A stretch of 64,000 bases of DNA. It comes from a virus. Its lineage: Duplodnaviria; Caudoviricetes. Location of the stretch: positions 1 to 64,000 of the IMG/VR virus record IMGVR_UViG_3300030376_006484; one strand, written 5' to 3'. Positions 8,760 to 18,130 of this stretch are shown in pieces; the stretch's first letter is position 1, and each line of letters opens with the position of its first letter. Under the pieces are notes generated by a model, which saw only the letters and a list, made by a program, of their open reading frames with translations, did not search any database and was not told the DNA's origin. Both the position numbers and the translations under genes were made by a program.

Positions 8760-10285
8760 AATAAGTTTATTACATCGTCAATAGTATTTATTTGACTTAG
8801 AATTTTGTCGTCTCTAATTCTATCCTTTCTAGGAAATCTTAGACCTAGTGTTCCATTAGTATTCCTAGTAACTGCGTCAGCAGTAACAGAGATAATTATT
8901 GAAGGAGTTATTGAATGATTCTCAGTAGATGCGTTATAATTAGAAATAAGCCTACGACATTTAGAGGTTAAAGAAATTAAGTCTTCATCACTAAAACCAA
9001 TACCAACTCTACCAATTGGTTCATATCCGCTATCGGAAGAAGATGATAGTACACTAATTTCAAAACTAGAAAATAGGTTGGTATTAGAATTCTCGCCATA
9101 CTTAGCACCTGTAATCACTACATCTAAATCAATTTGAGCAGGTTTGTACTTAATCCACTTCCTCTTAGCAGGGTGATATTCGTCGCCCATATCTTTGACC
9201 ATGATGCCTTCAAAACCTCCTGCAATCGCTTGATTGTAAAAGGCGAAAGGGTCGCCATCAACCACCCGTAGGGCTTGATGAGGCAAAGAAGAGAAGGTTT
9301 CAAGCCGTACTCTTAAAGGATAGGCCATGATAGATACTCCATTCATTTTCAAACAATCAAACACTACCCATTCTACAGGACACTTCAAAAGCAAATCGGA
9401 ATTTATGTTCTTTGAGTGGACTCTTTTATTCATTTGTTGATGAGCAACTGGATAACCGCTACCATCAATCGGATATATTTCTCCATCTAGAATAAAATTG
9501 TCTTCTTCATAGGCAAGTATCTTTTCTATTACATCGGGGAATTGGGGATTAACTACCTTTCCTCTTCTGTTAAAGATAATAACAGAATCCTTCTCCTTAT
9601 GTATTTGATACCTATTACCATCGTACTTAATATCATAAACTGCATCCTCCGGCCATTTCTTGAAAGGTTGGACTTTAGCCAACATCGGTGAAACAAATTT
9701 ACCATGCACTAGATTTAGTGGCGGGCTTCTATTCATTTCATAGTAAGAGGTAACTGAAACTATACTGTTGAGAGAACAGTCCCGTTGTACTTCTTGTTGA
9801 GTTTTATTGTATTTCTTTGCTAGAACCTTTTGTATTGTTTTTTCGCCTATCTTGTTATTGGGGGTTCTAATCCAAAACTTGACAAACCACTTTCTTTCGT
9901 AGTCCGACATTGATAAGAAGGCTTCTTGTATTGTGTCAAAGGATAATGACCTAGAAGAACAGTCCAATTCTAGAAGTTGAATAATCCTTTTAAGACTATA
10001 CTCTTCTTCCGAATCAAAGGTTTCCATTAAAGATACTGCTTCTCCAATGTCGTTAGTTGCATCATACAATGCGTCTAATTCTTCATCAAATATTCCAAAG
10101 AAAGAGGATAGCCACTTCTTTGCTTTGGTTAATCCAATATTATTCTTTTCTAAATCTAGGCTTAGAATCTTTACTAGGTCTGTTGGATTAAAATTCTCCA
10201 TTTCCTTTGTAAGTCGGTTCACTTGTGTTGTCGGCGTTTGGTCGCAAATCGCTTCCATTAGTCGGGCTAGTCTTTTCATTGTCAT
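8756..10285 (-). CDS. lig: ATP-dependent DNA ligase (replicative)
   Basis: PMLA, KYDGNR, FILDGE, VFD, EGIMVK, WIKYK, LRFPR...RDDK motifs. Confidence 0.95.
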   Translation of the reverse strand: MTMKRLARLMEAICDQTPTTQVNRLTKEMENFNPTDLVKILSLDLEKNNIGLTKAKKWLSSFFGIFDEELDALYDATNDIGEAVSLMETFDSEEEYSLKRIIQLLELDCSSRSLSFDTIQEAFLSMSDYERKWFVKFWIRTPNNKIGEKTIQKVLAKKYNKTQQEVQRDCSLNSIVSVTSYYEMNRSPPLNLVHGKFVSPMLAKVQPFKKWPEDAVYDIKYDGNRYQIHKEKDSVIIFNRRGKVVNPQFPDVIEKILAYEEDNFILDGEIYPIDGSGYPVAHQQMNKRVHSKNINSDLLLKCPVEWVVFDCLKMNGVSIMAYPLRVRLETFSSLPHQALRVVDGDPFAFYNQAIAGGFEGIMVKDMGDEYHPAKRKWIKYKPAQIDLDVVITGAKYGENSNTNLFSSFEISVLSSSSDSGYEPIGRVGIGFSDEDLISLTSKCRRLISNYNASTENHSITPSIIISVTADAVTRNTNGTLGLRFPRKDRIRDDKILSQINTIDDVINLF

Positions 10286-10398
10286 CTATTATCAACTCGT
10301 TATTTTCATTTAGTACTCGGATTATTTCTCTAATGTTATCCTTCATTTTTGGTTTTACTTTGGAAACAGACCAAAGATATTTTGCTAATTCAATCCAT

Positions 10399-10764
10399 TC
10401 ATTCTTCTTCATCAGTATCACCTTGATGAGAAGAAATCTCAGCATTTATTCTAGAAAAGTTTTGCATCATCTTCTGCAATACTTCGGATAGGTCTAGCCT
10501 ATTTACTGCCTCTGCGGCTAATTGCATGTAAGTCATTGTCCCTATAACAATAGGGAAGGAAATTGTATTGAAAGTACTACCAACAATTAGCGACCAATGC
10601 ACTACAAATGCACCTCTTACTTGTTCATTGGTATTTTGCACTTTAGGCCAAACAGAAGAAAAATCTTCTTTAAATTGTTTGGGTATTTTCTTTTCATGTC
10701 CAATAGCCCACTTTGAAAATTCTTTGGGTTTTTTGGACAACAGTTTTAATTTACTAATCTTCAT
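10399..10764 (-). CDS. Hypothetical protein
   Basis: Coupled ORF in the operon. Confidence 0.55.
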   Translation of the reverse strand: MKISKLKLLSKKPKEFSKWAIGHEKKIPKQFKEDFSSVWPKVQNTNEQVRGAFVVHWSLIVGSTFNTISFPIVIGTMTYMQLAAEAVNRLDLSEVLQKMMQNFSRINAEISSHQGDTDEEE

Positions 10765-10976
10765 TCTTCTTCATCTCCTTCAAACATATTTGTTAGAATT
10801 CTGTAGAGTACTTTGGCTTCTATCATATTAAACCGTACTCCCTTTCTTGTTGGTTTTTCATCTTTATACCAACGAATATCTAGAACCTCTATTCCATAAT
10901 AGCGGCCTTGATGCACCTTTACTTCTTGGGTGCTATTTCTAATAACTCTACCCTTAAATTCCATATCGTCATTCAA
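10761..10976 (-). CDS. PC4/Sub1-like ssDNA-binding protein
   Basis: YYGIEVLDIRWY...PTRKGVRF matches the PC4 signature (DIR.Y....P.KKGI). Confidence 0.75.
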   Translation of the reverse strand: MNDDMEFKGRVIRNSTQEVKVHQGRYYGIEVLDIRWYKDEKPTRKGVRFNMIEAKVLYRILTNMFEGDEEE

Positions 10977-11370
10977 GCATCCATCCCTCCTTGAATTTCT
11001 TTACTTCCTTTCTAGAAAGGAAATATCTAGGCGTGTCTAATTCATCTAGACGATTAACAACCCAACAGGCTCCGCCTAAACTAGATATTTGTACGATTTC
11101 GTATTGGCCTCCGCTAACTTCACAAACTTCTTTTGTATTTATGTCGGGGGTTAGACCATACATTCTAGTAATTTCTGAGGCAACATCGTGTATGTTATCA
11201 ACTACATACTTGATAATGTGCGCTCTTTGAATAGGGATTTTAGGAGCAACCTTGATTTCTAATTCACCACTTAAGTTACAGACCTTGCATTTATTACCTT
11301 CACAAATAGGACAAGTAATCCTAGACTTGTGGGGGGCGGGAAGGGTAACCGTGATTGCTCTTTTCTTCAT
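10969..11370 (-). CDS. Protein with DnaJ-type CxxCxG zinc finger
   Basis: CPICEGNKCKVCNLSG; directly downstream of groEL. Confidence 0.55.
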   Translation of the reverse strand: MKKRAITVTLPAPHKSRITCPICEGNKCKVCNLSGELEIKVAPKIPIQRAHIIKYVVDNIHDVASEITRMYGLTPDINTKEVCEVSGGQYEIVQISSLGGACWVVNRLDELDTPRYFLSRKEVKKFKEGWMLE

Positions 11371-11372
11371 GA

Positions 11373-12890
11373 CTATTCCTCTTTGAGGACTGCAACTTCT
11401 GTAGATAAGAACATTAAAGCAATTGACATGGCGGCTGATAAACTACTCTTAGTTACCTTAACGGGGTCAATAACTCCTTCTTCCCAAAGGTTTTCTACTT
11501 CTCCGGTTTTAGCATTGTAGCCTATTAGTTCACTAGGTTTGATTGAATCCCAAATATCTTCTGTTGCATCCCCGTTTTGTAATAAAACACTAATTGGGGT
11601 CATAAAAACATCAGCAAGGTACGGTAGATTGGGAACATCAATTTCCTTCTTCATCTCTTGGAAGGCCAATAGTAAACCTAGACCGCCACCCACAATAACT
11701 CCTTCTTGTAGTGCGGCCTTCGTAGCGTTTAGTGCGTCATCAAGTCTCTCTTTGGTTTCTCTCAATTCAACACTAGAACCGCCACCTACAGTTATTACTG
11801 CAATACCTCCCTTTAATCTAGAAATTCTAGTGGTGAGTCTTTCTCTAATCCAATCATTGTTAGCAATCTTGTATAATTCAGTTAGTGCTTCTACTCTTTC
11901 TTGGGGATTTCCAATACCCCCTATAATTGTTGAATCCACTTGGTTCAATATGACCTTATCGCATTCGCCAAAGGAAGACTCATCAACAATTCGCAAATCA
12001 TCCTTTGCTTCATCGGAGAATAATTTCCCTCCTACAACAGAAATAATATCTTTCAATTCATCTAGTCTAGCATCACCATGATTAGGGGCTTGTGTTACAC
12101 CAATCTGTATTCTTCCTTGAACAACATTCGCTAATACATTAGATAGAGCAGAACCTCTTAAGTCTCCACAAATCAAATACAATGGGCGACTCTTAGAAGA
12201 AGCATACTCTAGCGCAGGAAGAATATCACTAAAGTTGATGATTGTCTTATTAGTACAGAACACTAGGGGCTTCTCTAGAATACATTCGCCACTATCTTGA
12301 TTAGCAAATAGGTGGCTAGCATAGCCATTATCTAACTCTAGACCTTCTTTTAATTCAAAATCTGTAGTTAATCCATGCCCTTCTTCAACAGAAATAACTC
12401 CGTCTTTACCTACATGAGAAAACACTTCCGCAATCAATTCTCCCAAAACAGGGTCATTGTTAGCGGCAATTGTAGCAACATCTAGAATAGAATCATCAGT
12501 AACAGGTTCAGCCAAGTTATCTAAGAACAACATCATTTCATCCCTAACATACTCTAAATTATTTCTAATAGAATGTAGGTTGTTTAAGGGCATAGCCATA
12601 ATAGAATTACAAAGAGACTGTGCTAAAACACACGCCGTTGTTGTTCCATCACCTGCTTTTGATTGTGCCTTAAATGCTAGGTTCTGTACCAATTGGATTC
12701 CCATTTGAACATAAGGGTCTTCGTGACTAACATACTTAGCGATTGTTACACCATCGTTGATAACAACGGGTGGAGTACCCTGTAGGATAGCAGTACGGGC
12801 TTGTGGGCCTAGTGTTGGCCTAACAGTGTCAGCGACTAAGTTAATGCCTTGTAGGATTTTTTCTTTTACTTCATTACCAAAAAGAATCAT
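11373..12890 (-). CDS. groEL: Group I chaperonin GroEL
   Basis: TLGP, NDGVTIAK, AGDGTTTA, GGG, GVIDPVKV motifs; no GGM tail. Confidence 0.95.
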   Translation of the reverse strand: MILFGNEVKEKILQGINLVADTVRPTLGPQARTAILQGTPPVVINDGVTIAKYVSHEDPYVQMGIQLVQNLAFKAQSKAGDGTTTACVLAQSLCNSIMAMPLNNLHSIRNNLEYVRDEMMLFLDNLAEPVTDDSILDVATIAANNDPVLGELIAEVFSHVGKDGVISVEEGHGLTTDFELKEGLELDNGYASHLFANQDSGECILEKPLVFCTNKTIINFSDILPALEYASSKSRPLYLICGDLRGSALSNVLANVVQGRIQIGVTQAPNHGDARLDELKDIISVVGGKLFSDEAKDDLRIVDESSFGECDKVILNQVDSTIIGGIGNPQERVEALTELYKIANNDWIRERLTTRISRLKGGIAVITVGGGSSVELRETKERLDDALNATKAALQEGVIVGGGLGLLLAFQEMKKEIDVPNLPYLADVFMTPISVLLQNGDATEDIWDSIKPSELIGYNAKTGEVENLWEEGVIDPVKVTKSSLSAAMSIALMFLSTEVAVLKEE

Positions 12891-13102
12891 TCTTTCACCC
12901 CGTAAATGTCACTGTATTGGACAAAGATAAATCCACGATTCTTCTTTGCTTTCTCTATAGAATAGAAGATAGTCTTCCCAATAAGAGAAGAATCACATTG
13001 ACAATCAATGACTGTACCTTTGTTTTCTTCTAAGGAAATGATTCCGTGTGTACTTTCTTTCTCTTCGTTTTTAACTACGACCCAATCTCCAACCGCTTTC
13101 AT
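12887..13102 (-). CDS. groES: Co-chaperonin GroES-like
   Basis: MKAVGDWVVV, GII mobile loop, SDIYGV; upstream of groEL. Confidence 0.8.
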   Translation of the reverse strand: MKAVGDWVVVKNEEKESTHGIISLEENKGTVIDCQCDSSLIGKTIFYSIEKAKKNRGFIFVQYSDIYGVKE

Positions 13103-13142
13103 ATTCTAATCATCACATCAAGAGTATATATTGCTTCCCAAA

Positions 13143-13337
13143 TTATCGCTCTCGTTTCTTCCCATCGTGCATAATCAAATGTGATGAAACTTCTAGGTAT
13201 TGTCTAACCATTGTGGTTTTTTTACCCAACCAAATATGGTAAGTAGCACACTTACAGTCTAGACAATAATATAGGCGGTTCTTTTTCTTAACCTTGATTA
13301 TCTCAAGGTTTTCTCCTTTGCAATTAAAACACTTCAT
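13143..13337 (-). CDS. Small zinc-ribbon protein
   Basis: CFNC...CLDC. Confidence 0.5.
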   Translation of the reverse strand: MKCFNCKGENLEIIKVKKKNRLYYCLDCKCATYHIWLGKKTTMVRQYLEVSSHLIMHDGKKRER

Positions 13338-13642
13338 GCCGTCACCTCTTCATTTTTTTCCCAACAATAATAGCATTCGTATTCACCATCAGCATTAGGG
13401 TTCTCAAGAGTTCTACCAAATTGTAAATGCTGTTCGTTTACTGATACGGAATCACATTGATTACACCAACCTGCATTATCCCTATAATGCAGGAATTTAT
13501 CATATGAGAAATCCTCATCCTCCATATACATTAACACCTCATGCTCCCAATTTTTCTGCCTTTTCAAGTATTCAATTTCCTCTTTCAACTTCTTAACCTG
13601 TTCTTCATTCACGCCGTCACCTCCACGCCACAAGCAATACAT
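13334..13642 (-). CDS. Hypothetical protein with CxxC pairs
   Basis: CNQC...CYYC. Confidence 0.5.
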   Translation of the reverse strand: MYCLWRGGDGVNEEQVKKLKEEIEYLKRQKNWEHEVLMYMEDEDFSYDKFLHYRDNAGWCNQCDSVSVNEQHLQFGRTLENPNADGEYECYYCWEKNEEVTA

Positions 13643-13703
13643 TTACCATCCACTACTCTATTCTTATAGAGGGCAATATCACAGTTAGGGCAATTCTTCA
13701 TAA

Positions 13704-13919
13704 TCAAGCCTCCATACCATTAACATTAACCATGTTAGCAAATTCCCATTGATGGAACATTTCATGTCCACCAATAAAACCACCTGCTTCTCTAATAGGC
13801 CCAATAAATTGTGCAGAACAAATTTGACAATAAACCATCACTATTCTTTCATCAATATGCGAGCCTACTTTTGTTTCGTAAGAAACTATTTTTCCTATGT
13901 CATTTTCTGTATATGTCAT
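13704..13919 (-). CDS. Small C2H2-like zinc-binding protein
   Basis: CQIC...HEMFH; coupled to the JAB gene. Confidence 0.55.
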   Translation of the reverse strand: MTYTENDIGKIVSYETKVGSHIDERIVMVYCQICSAQFIGPIREAGGFIGGHEMFHQWEFANMVNVNGMEA

Positions 13920-14461
13920 TCTTCTTCTCCTCCAATAAAACCTTTATTCATGTGTTGAATTCTTGTTGAGAATTCGTCAATACTTTCGTAGGTAATTATC
14001 TTTAGTAGTTCGGGTAGTTTATTACTCCAAACTCCATAATGGTCATACCCACCTAGAACATAAGCGGATTCCATCTTGGCTCCCCAAATTCTAATTGTTC
14101 TCCAATCAACCCCACTGAAATAAGCACTACCGAAAGGATGCGTATGTATCCAACACTTAATCGGTAACTTCATCCCTACAGGGTTAATTTGAAAATCAAC
14201 ATAGCCCGACGAACCACTAGAAATGTGTAGATTCCAATTAGCATCAACTACTACCTGTACTTCTAAGTTAGGCAATATCACTGTAGACGCTTCCCAAATT
14301 GCTGAATGAAATGTAGGGTGTTTTATTATTTCTTCACCCTCTTGGTTTATTAACATCTCATCAAAGACTCCTTGAATGTAAGGCTCAACTAATCCTCTTA
14401 ATTCCTGTAGATGTTTCGCTTTTAGTAATTCAACTGAATTCATGGTTGTTCTACTTTTCAT
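13916..14461 (-). CDS. JAB/JAMM metalloprotease (Ubl-processing/deconjugating)
   Basis: E (NLEVQ)...WIHTHPFGSAYFSGVD = Ex(n)HxHx7Sx2D. Confidence 0.88.
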   Translation of the reverse strand: MKSRTTMNSVELLKAKHLQELRGLVEPYIQGVFDEMLINQEGEEIIKHPTFHSAIWEASTVILPNLEVQVVVDANWNLHISSGSSGYVDFQINPVGMKLPIKCWIHTHPFGSAYFSGVDWRTIRIWGAKMESAYVLGGYDHYGVWSNKLPELLKIITYESIDEFSTRIQHMNKGFIGGEEE

Positions 14462-14623
14462 TTAAATCCCTCCACTTAAAAAATAACCAAAATACAGAAG
14501 TGAGATTACTCCTACCGAGAACAAAAAGCAAGTATAGCAAGTGTAAATTAATAGTATCCCACTAGTAAATTCTTCTACGGTTAGTTTCTTATTATCTTCT
14601 GTGTCTATATCATATACTCCCAT
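14462..14623 (-). CDS. 53-aa membrane protein
   Basis: Manual translation MGVYDIDTEDNKKLTVEEFTSGILLIYTCYTCFLFSVGVISLLYFGYFLSGGI; GAGGTGG SD; fills the gap between E1 and JAB. Confidence 0.55.
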   Translation of the reverse strand: MGVYDIDTEDNKKLTVEEFTSGILLIYTCYTCFLFSVGVISLLYFGYFLSGGI

Positions 14624-14632
14624 ATTACCACC

Positions 14633-15187
14633 TCAAACATTAATCACGGCAAAGCCGTTCACTTCTTCATCATTAAACCAACGCTGAATCCATTCAGCAC
14701 CCATTCCTGCAATAGCAACTTGTAAGAAATGTACTCCTTCTGTAGAGCCATCCCATGAATCACCTTGACAAGAAAAACTACCATCCGGCCCTGCTAACAT
14801 AGTATCATACATTTTAGGGTCGGCTTTGTAGGATACATAGGCGGCGTTCCTTGCTTGAGAGCGAAGGTCTAGCCACGCTATGTTTGAACGGTATAGCATC
14901 CTTCGTGCGGATAGATTATCCACACAACATACTACCAAATCATATCCTTGTATCTGCCCATCGGTTAGGATAGGGAATTTACTTGGACTGATGGGATACC
15001 TCTTTTGTAGAGCCATTACCTTTAATTCACCCACTTCATCTTCCGTGAAGTTTTGGTAAGGTAGGTTCTTTGTATCTACGGTGTCGGGGTCACTTACGCT
15101 AATCGTGTAAAGGCCCGTCTTATCTAATAGTGGTATTAGAAAACTTCCAATTCCACCGGCTCCAATTATCAATATTTTTCTTTTCAT
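14633..15187 (-). CDS. ThiF/MoeB/E1-like Ubl-activating enzyme
   Basis: ILIIGAGGIGS, DPDTVDTKNLPYQ, K, CVDNLSAR, candidate catalytic Cys in FSCQ. Confidence 0.92.
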   Translation of the reverse strand: MKRKILIIGAGGIGSFLIPLLDKTGLYTISVSDPDTVDTKNLPYQNFTEDEVGELKVMALQKRYPISPSKFPILTDGQIQGYDLVVCCVDNLSARRMLYRSNIAWLDLRSQARNAAYVSYKADPKMYDTMLAGPDGSFSCQGDSWDGSTEGVHFLQVAIAGMGAEWIQRWFNDEEVNGFAVINV

Positions 15188-15331
15188 TTTTATTCCTCCA
15201 TTCTACAAGCAACTTCTTCTTGTATTCCTTCTACTATCCATTCTAAATCTCTACAAGACAGTTCCATATTGAATAGTATTCGTAATACATTGTCTCTTGC
15301 TAAGGTACTCTTTAATTTATCTTCTGTATCT

Positions 15332-15598
15332 TTATTCATTTTTATTCCTCCATTCTTCAAATGTTGATTGTGATTCTTTCATGGTATATGACATACTTAT
15401 CATACTAGCAAGTCCTCTGTATAATACATCTTGAATTGACGCATCAAATTGAGAGAACAATGGTGCTAACATCATTCTAGTTGCCGTCACATAACAATTA
15501 CATTCACGACAAACTCTATCTTCAAACTTAGGTAGAATCGGTTGAGGGTTATTCCCTTCCCAAGTCTCTATTTCTTTTTCGCATATTTTACATTTCAT
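15332..15598 (-). CDS. Zinc-finger protein
   Basis: CKIC...GNNPQP...CRECN. Confidence 0.6.
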   Translation of the reverse strand: MKCKICEKEIETWEGNNPQPILPKFEDRVCRECNCYVTATRMMLAPLFSQFDASIQDVLYRGLASMISMSYTMKESQSTFEEWRNKNE

Positions 15599-15599
15599 A

Positions 15600-16424
15600 T
15601 TACCATATCCATTGTGTTCCTTGTCCTTTTATTTCGGACTCTGTTTTACCTACTGTTCGTAGGAGTTTTTTTGTTGTATCTCTACAAGTGCGACTAGTCA
15701 CACCTACAACCTCACCAACTTCTTTTTGAGTTAGTTGTTTAAATTCGCAAAGATTTGCTATGTAGATTATCCCTGCTACTGCGCTCTTATTTAGAGTAAG
15801 AGTACGCATTTCGTATTCCCTCTCAAAGAAGGAAAGTAACATGCTACAGGTACTAGCAAAATGTCTGTCCCCTAATTGAAGGGAATACTTCTCTACCAAA
15901 GAATCAAGAGATTGAATAAAGACTCCACTATTCTTAAAATGCTTAGAAATCTTCTTGGCTACTTTAGCAACCAACTTTGGGTTTGCACCATATTCAGCAC
16001 AAACTTCTTTTAAAGTAAAAGGTAAATTTCTCTCTCTTAGTACATAGTAAATTAAAGCACTAGCCCTATCTTCATAAGTAGATTGACCAAATACCCCTGC
16101 TCTAAAACAAGTCATGTAGGCGTTTTCTACTCTCTCCATTTGGCTCTTTGAATTAGTCAAAGAAGACATTAACATTTTAGAGAAACCTAATCCCACATCT
16201 ACATGACTTCTTTTACCTCTTTCATATCTATGAACAGGCTTAGAACCTAGAGTTTTATCTACATGCCTAATTATTTCTCCATCATGAGTAAATAAAGAAA
16301 CCGTTTGGTCAAAGGGTTCAGTTACTACAATCAAACCACAGTCTTGACATTCTTTCTCGCCCATGTATTCGTTGTACGAAAAATCAGTACTGTTACATTC
16401 AGTACAATTAAGCAAGGTTCTCAC
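15600..16424 (-). CDS. tfb: Transcription initiation factor TFB/TFIIB homolog
   Basis: Zn ribbon CTEC...GEKECQDCGLIV, two cyclin repeats (ASALIY...PFTLKEV; AGIIYIA...LTQKEVGEVVGVT). Confidence 0.88.
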   Translation of the reverse strand: MRTLLNCTECNSTDFSYNEYMGEKECQDCGLIVVTEPFDQTVSLFTHDGEIIRHVDKTLGSKPVHRYERGKRSHVDVGLGFSKMLMSSLTNSKSQMERVENAYMTCFRAGVFGQSTYEDRASALIYYVLRERNLPFTLKEVCAEYGANPKLVAKVAKKISKHFKNSGVFIQSLDSLVEKYSLQLGDRHFASTCSMLLSFFEREYEMRTLTLNKSAVAGIIYIANLCEFKQLTQKEVGEVVGVTSRTCRDTTKKLLRTVGKTESEIKGQGTQWIW

Positions 16425-17637
16425 TCTCTACTGGTTCTAAATATCTTTCTATGTGGTTACCAAAGGCGATTTCTAATTTGGAGTTTTCATCCACCAATTC
16501 AAAATTTATTCTATGCGTAGCGGAAGGAATACTCTTCATGGTAGAGACTCTTTGTTTAGTCATTCTATCATTAATGCACACCAACAATCTAGTTACTAAT
16601 TGGTCATGTATAGGAGAATTGGATTGAAGGTTATCAACACAAACAGCCCTCCATTCGCCTATGGTATCATCTTCTTTAATAATGGATAAGTAAGCAGTTG
16701 TTACTAATTGCCTACCTGCTGATTTCCTATTAGTATTCCAACTGAATAACCAATCGTTGTCTATCCCTTTGACTAGTAGATACTGTTCCCTTGTTTCTTT
16801 ATCGGAAAGCATCTTGACTTTATTCTTATACTTAGCAAGCGTTTGCTCTAACAAAATTTCTGCCCTATCTTCTATTAATTTAGAGGTTCTGTTTTGTTCC
16901 AAAAAGGCAATCATAACATCGGAGTCCGATTCTGTTATTTCTTTACCCATTAGAAGAAAGTAGAGTTTTTGAGGGGAAAGGAATTTCCAAGAGCCTCTAT
17001 TATGCCCATGTAAGTAGTGTCCTAAATACTTAGACAAGTCTTTGAAAGAAATAGTACCCCAAACAGAATCACTTATCTCTAAGGCTATCTTATCATCACT
17101 TATTTGTTTAGCATTCAGTCTAACATCAACTCTTCGCCCGTTATTAAAGAAGTAAAATGGTACTCTATTTTCAAGGACATGGCTAATCTCGTAAGGAGTA
17201 TTGCATATCCTGTAGAATAGCATCATCGTTTCCGACCTACTCATGTCATTATTTACACGGTAGAGGAATCTAGATAGATTGTAGAAAATCTCTCTCTTAG
17301 TACCCTTCAAACCATTAATAGAAATTGGTGTTTCGTTGGTTACTATAACTGAGAAGTCGTTTATTACAAATTCTAGATAGTCTTTTGGACTACTAGTTAT
17401 GTCTTTCATCATTCTTTTAATTTTTTCAGCAAAGGAGACTACCAAAGAATCTAATGAGGTATGTACTTGGTTCGCCCTACCATTAAAGTAATGAGAAACA
17501 GTACTTGCATATCCATTCCGTATAATTTGAACAGTTCCCCGTATGCTTTTCTTCTCTCGGTACTGGCCGTCACTGTGTAAGGGGAGTTCTAGGCTTTTTT
17601 TCTCTGTATTATAATTTGTAATTGTTGATTCCGTCAT
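16408..17637 (-). CDS. Uncharacterised 409-aa protein in the Ubl locus
   Basis: Long coupled ORF; C-terminal YLLVKG...AVCVDN...PIHDQLVTRLLVCIND. Confidence 0.75.
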   Translation of the reverse strand: MTESTITNYNTEKKSLELPLHSDGQYREKKSIRGTVQIIRNGYASTVSHYFNGRANQVHTSLDSLVVSFAEKIKRMMKDITSSPKDYLEFVINDFSVIVTNETPISINGLKGTKREIFYNLSRFLYRVNNDMSRSETMMLFYRICNTPYEISHVLENRVPFYFFNNGRRVDVRLNAKQISDDKIALEISDSVWGTISFKDLSKYLGHYLHGHNRGSWKFLSPQKLYFLLMGKEITESDSDVMIAFLEQNRTSKLIEDRAEILLEQTLAKYKNKVKMLSDKETREQYLLVKGIDNDWLFSWNTNRKSAGRQLVTTAYLSIIKEDDTIGEWRAVCVDNLQSNSPIHDQLVTRLLVCINDRMTKQRVSTMKSIPSATHRINFELVDENSKLEIAFGNHIERYLEPVESENLA

Positions 17638-17641
17638 ATTA

Positions 17642-17800
17642 TCACATCATTCTCATTTTTGTTTTGTAATTGTTTACACATTCTTCATGTGCTTCTATTT
17701 TCATATCTTGTGGAGTTAGTAAAGAGCCTCCACATACTCTGCATTTTGTCGCTATCTTGCGACCTCTTGAATTGTCTGTATAGTTTGGATTTTTTGACAT
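17642..17800 (-). CDS. 52-aa zinc-finger protein (CxxC...HxxC)
   Basis: Manual translation MSKNPNYTDNSRGRKIATKCRVCGGSLLTPQDMKIEAHEECVNNYKTKMRMM; GAGG SD. Confidence 0.6.
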   Translation of the reverse strand: MSKNPNYTDNSRGRKIATKCRVCGGSLLTPQDMKIEAHEECVNNYKTKMRMM

Positions 17801-17802
17801 AA

Positions 17803-18093
17803 TTAATCCTCTAATTTATTTACTTCGTGGTATTTAACATACACATCAAAATCTTTAATGTATTTTATTAAATATTGGTTGAATCCAATTGTCACGGCTT
17901 CATCAATATCAAAAAGATAATTCTTTAATTTAGAATTTAAGAAGAAGACTTGTTCTTTTTCGTCGTCCATCAACAACGAATGCCGTAGTGCTGTCTCAAC
18001 GAATAATTGCCCCTCCACCGATAACATAGGTAGAAGTGACTTAACTACTGCTCTACAATGAGCAAAGTTACGGTAGAGGGGCATAAGCACCAC
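17803..18093 (-). CDS. Hypothetical protein
   Basis: ORF in the operon. Confidence 0.55.
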   Translation of the reverse strand: MVLMPLYRNFAHCRAVVKSLLPMLSVEGQLFVETALRHSLLMDDEKEQVFFLNSKLKNYLFDIDEAVTIGFNQYLIKYIKDFDVYVKYHEVNKLED

Positions 18094-18130
18094 GGTTTAA
18101 GGGATGGTTTTATTCATCAACAAGGCGGGT

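Noticed and set aside
11539-12081. Long antisense ORFs (also 52919-53545, 59025-59516, 39356-39793)
   Set aside because: Shadows of well-supported genes on the opposite strand; Ser/Leu/Phe-rich with no SD
14633-15187. ThiF as a thiamine/molybdopterin auxiliary metabolic gene
   Set aside because: No thiG, moaE, sulfurtransferase or thiouridylase in the window; a blocked GG plus JAB fits conjugation better, though the rest of the genome is unseen
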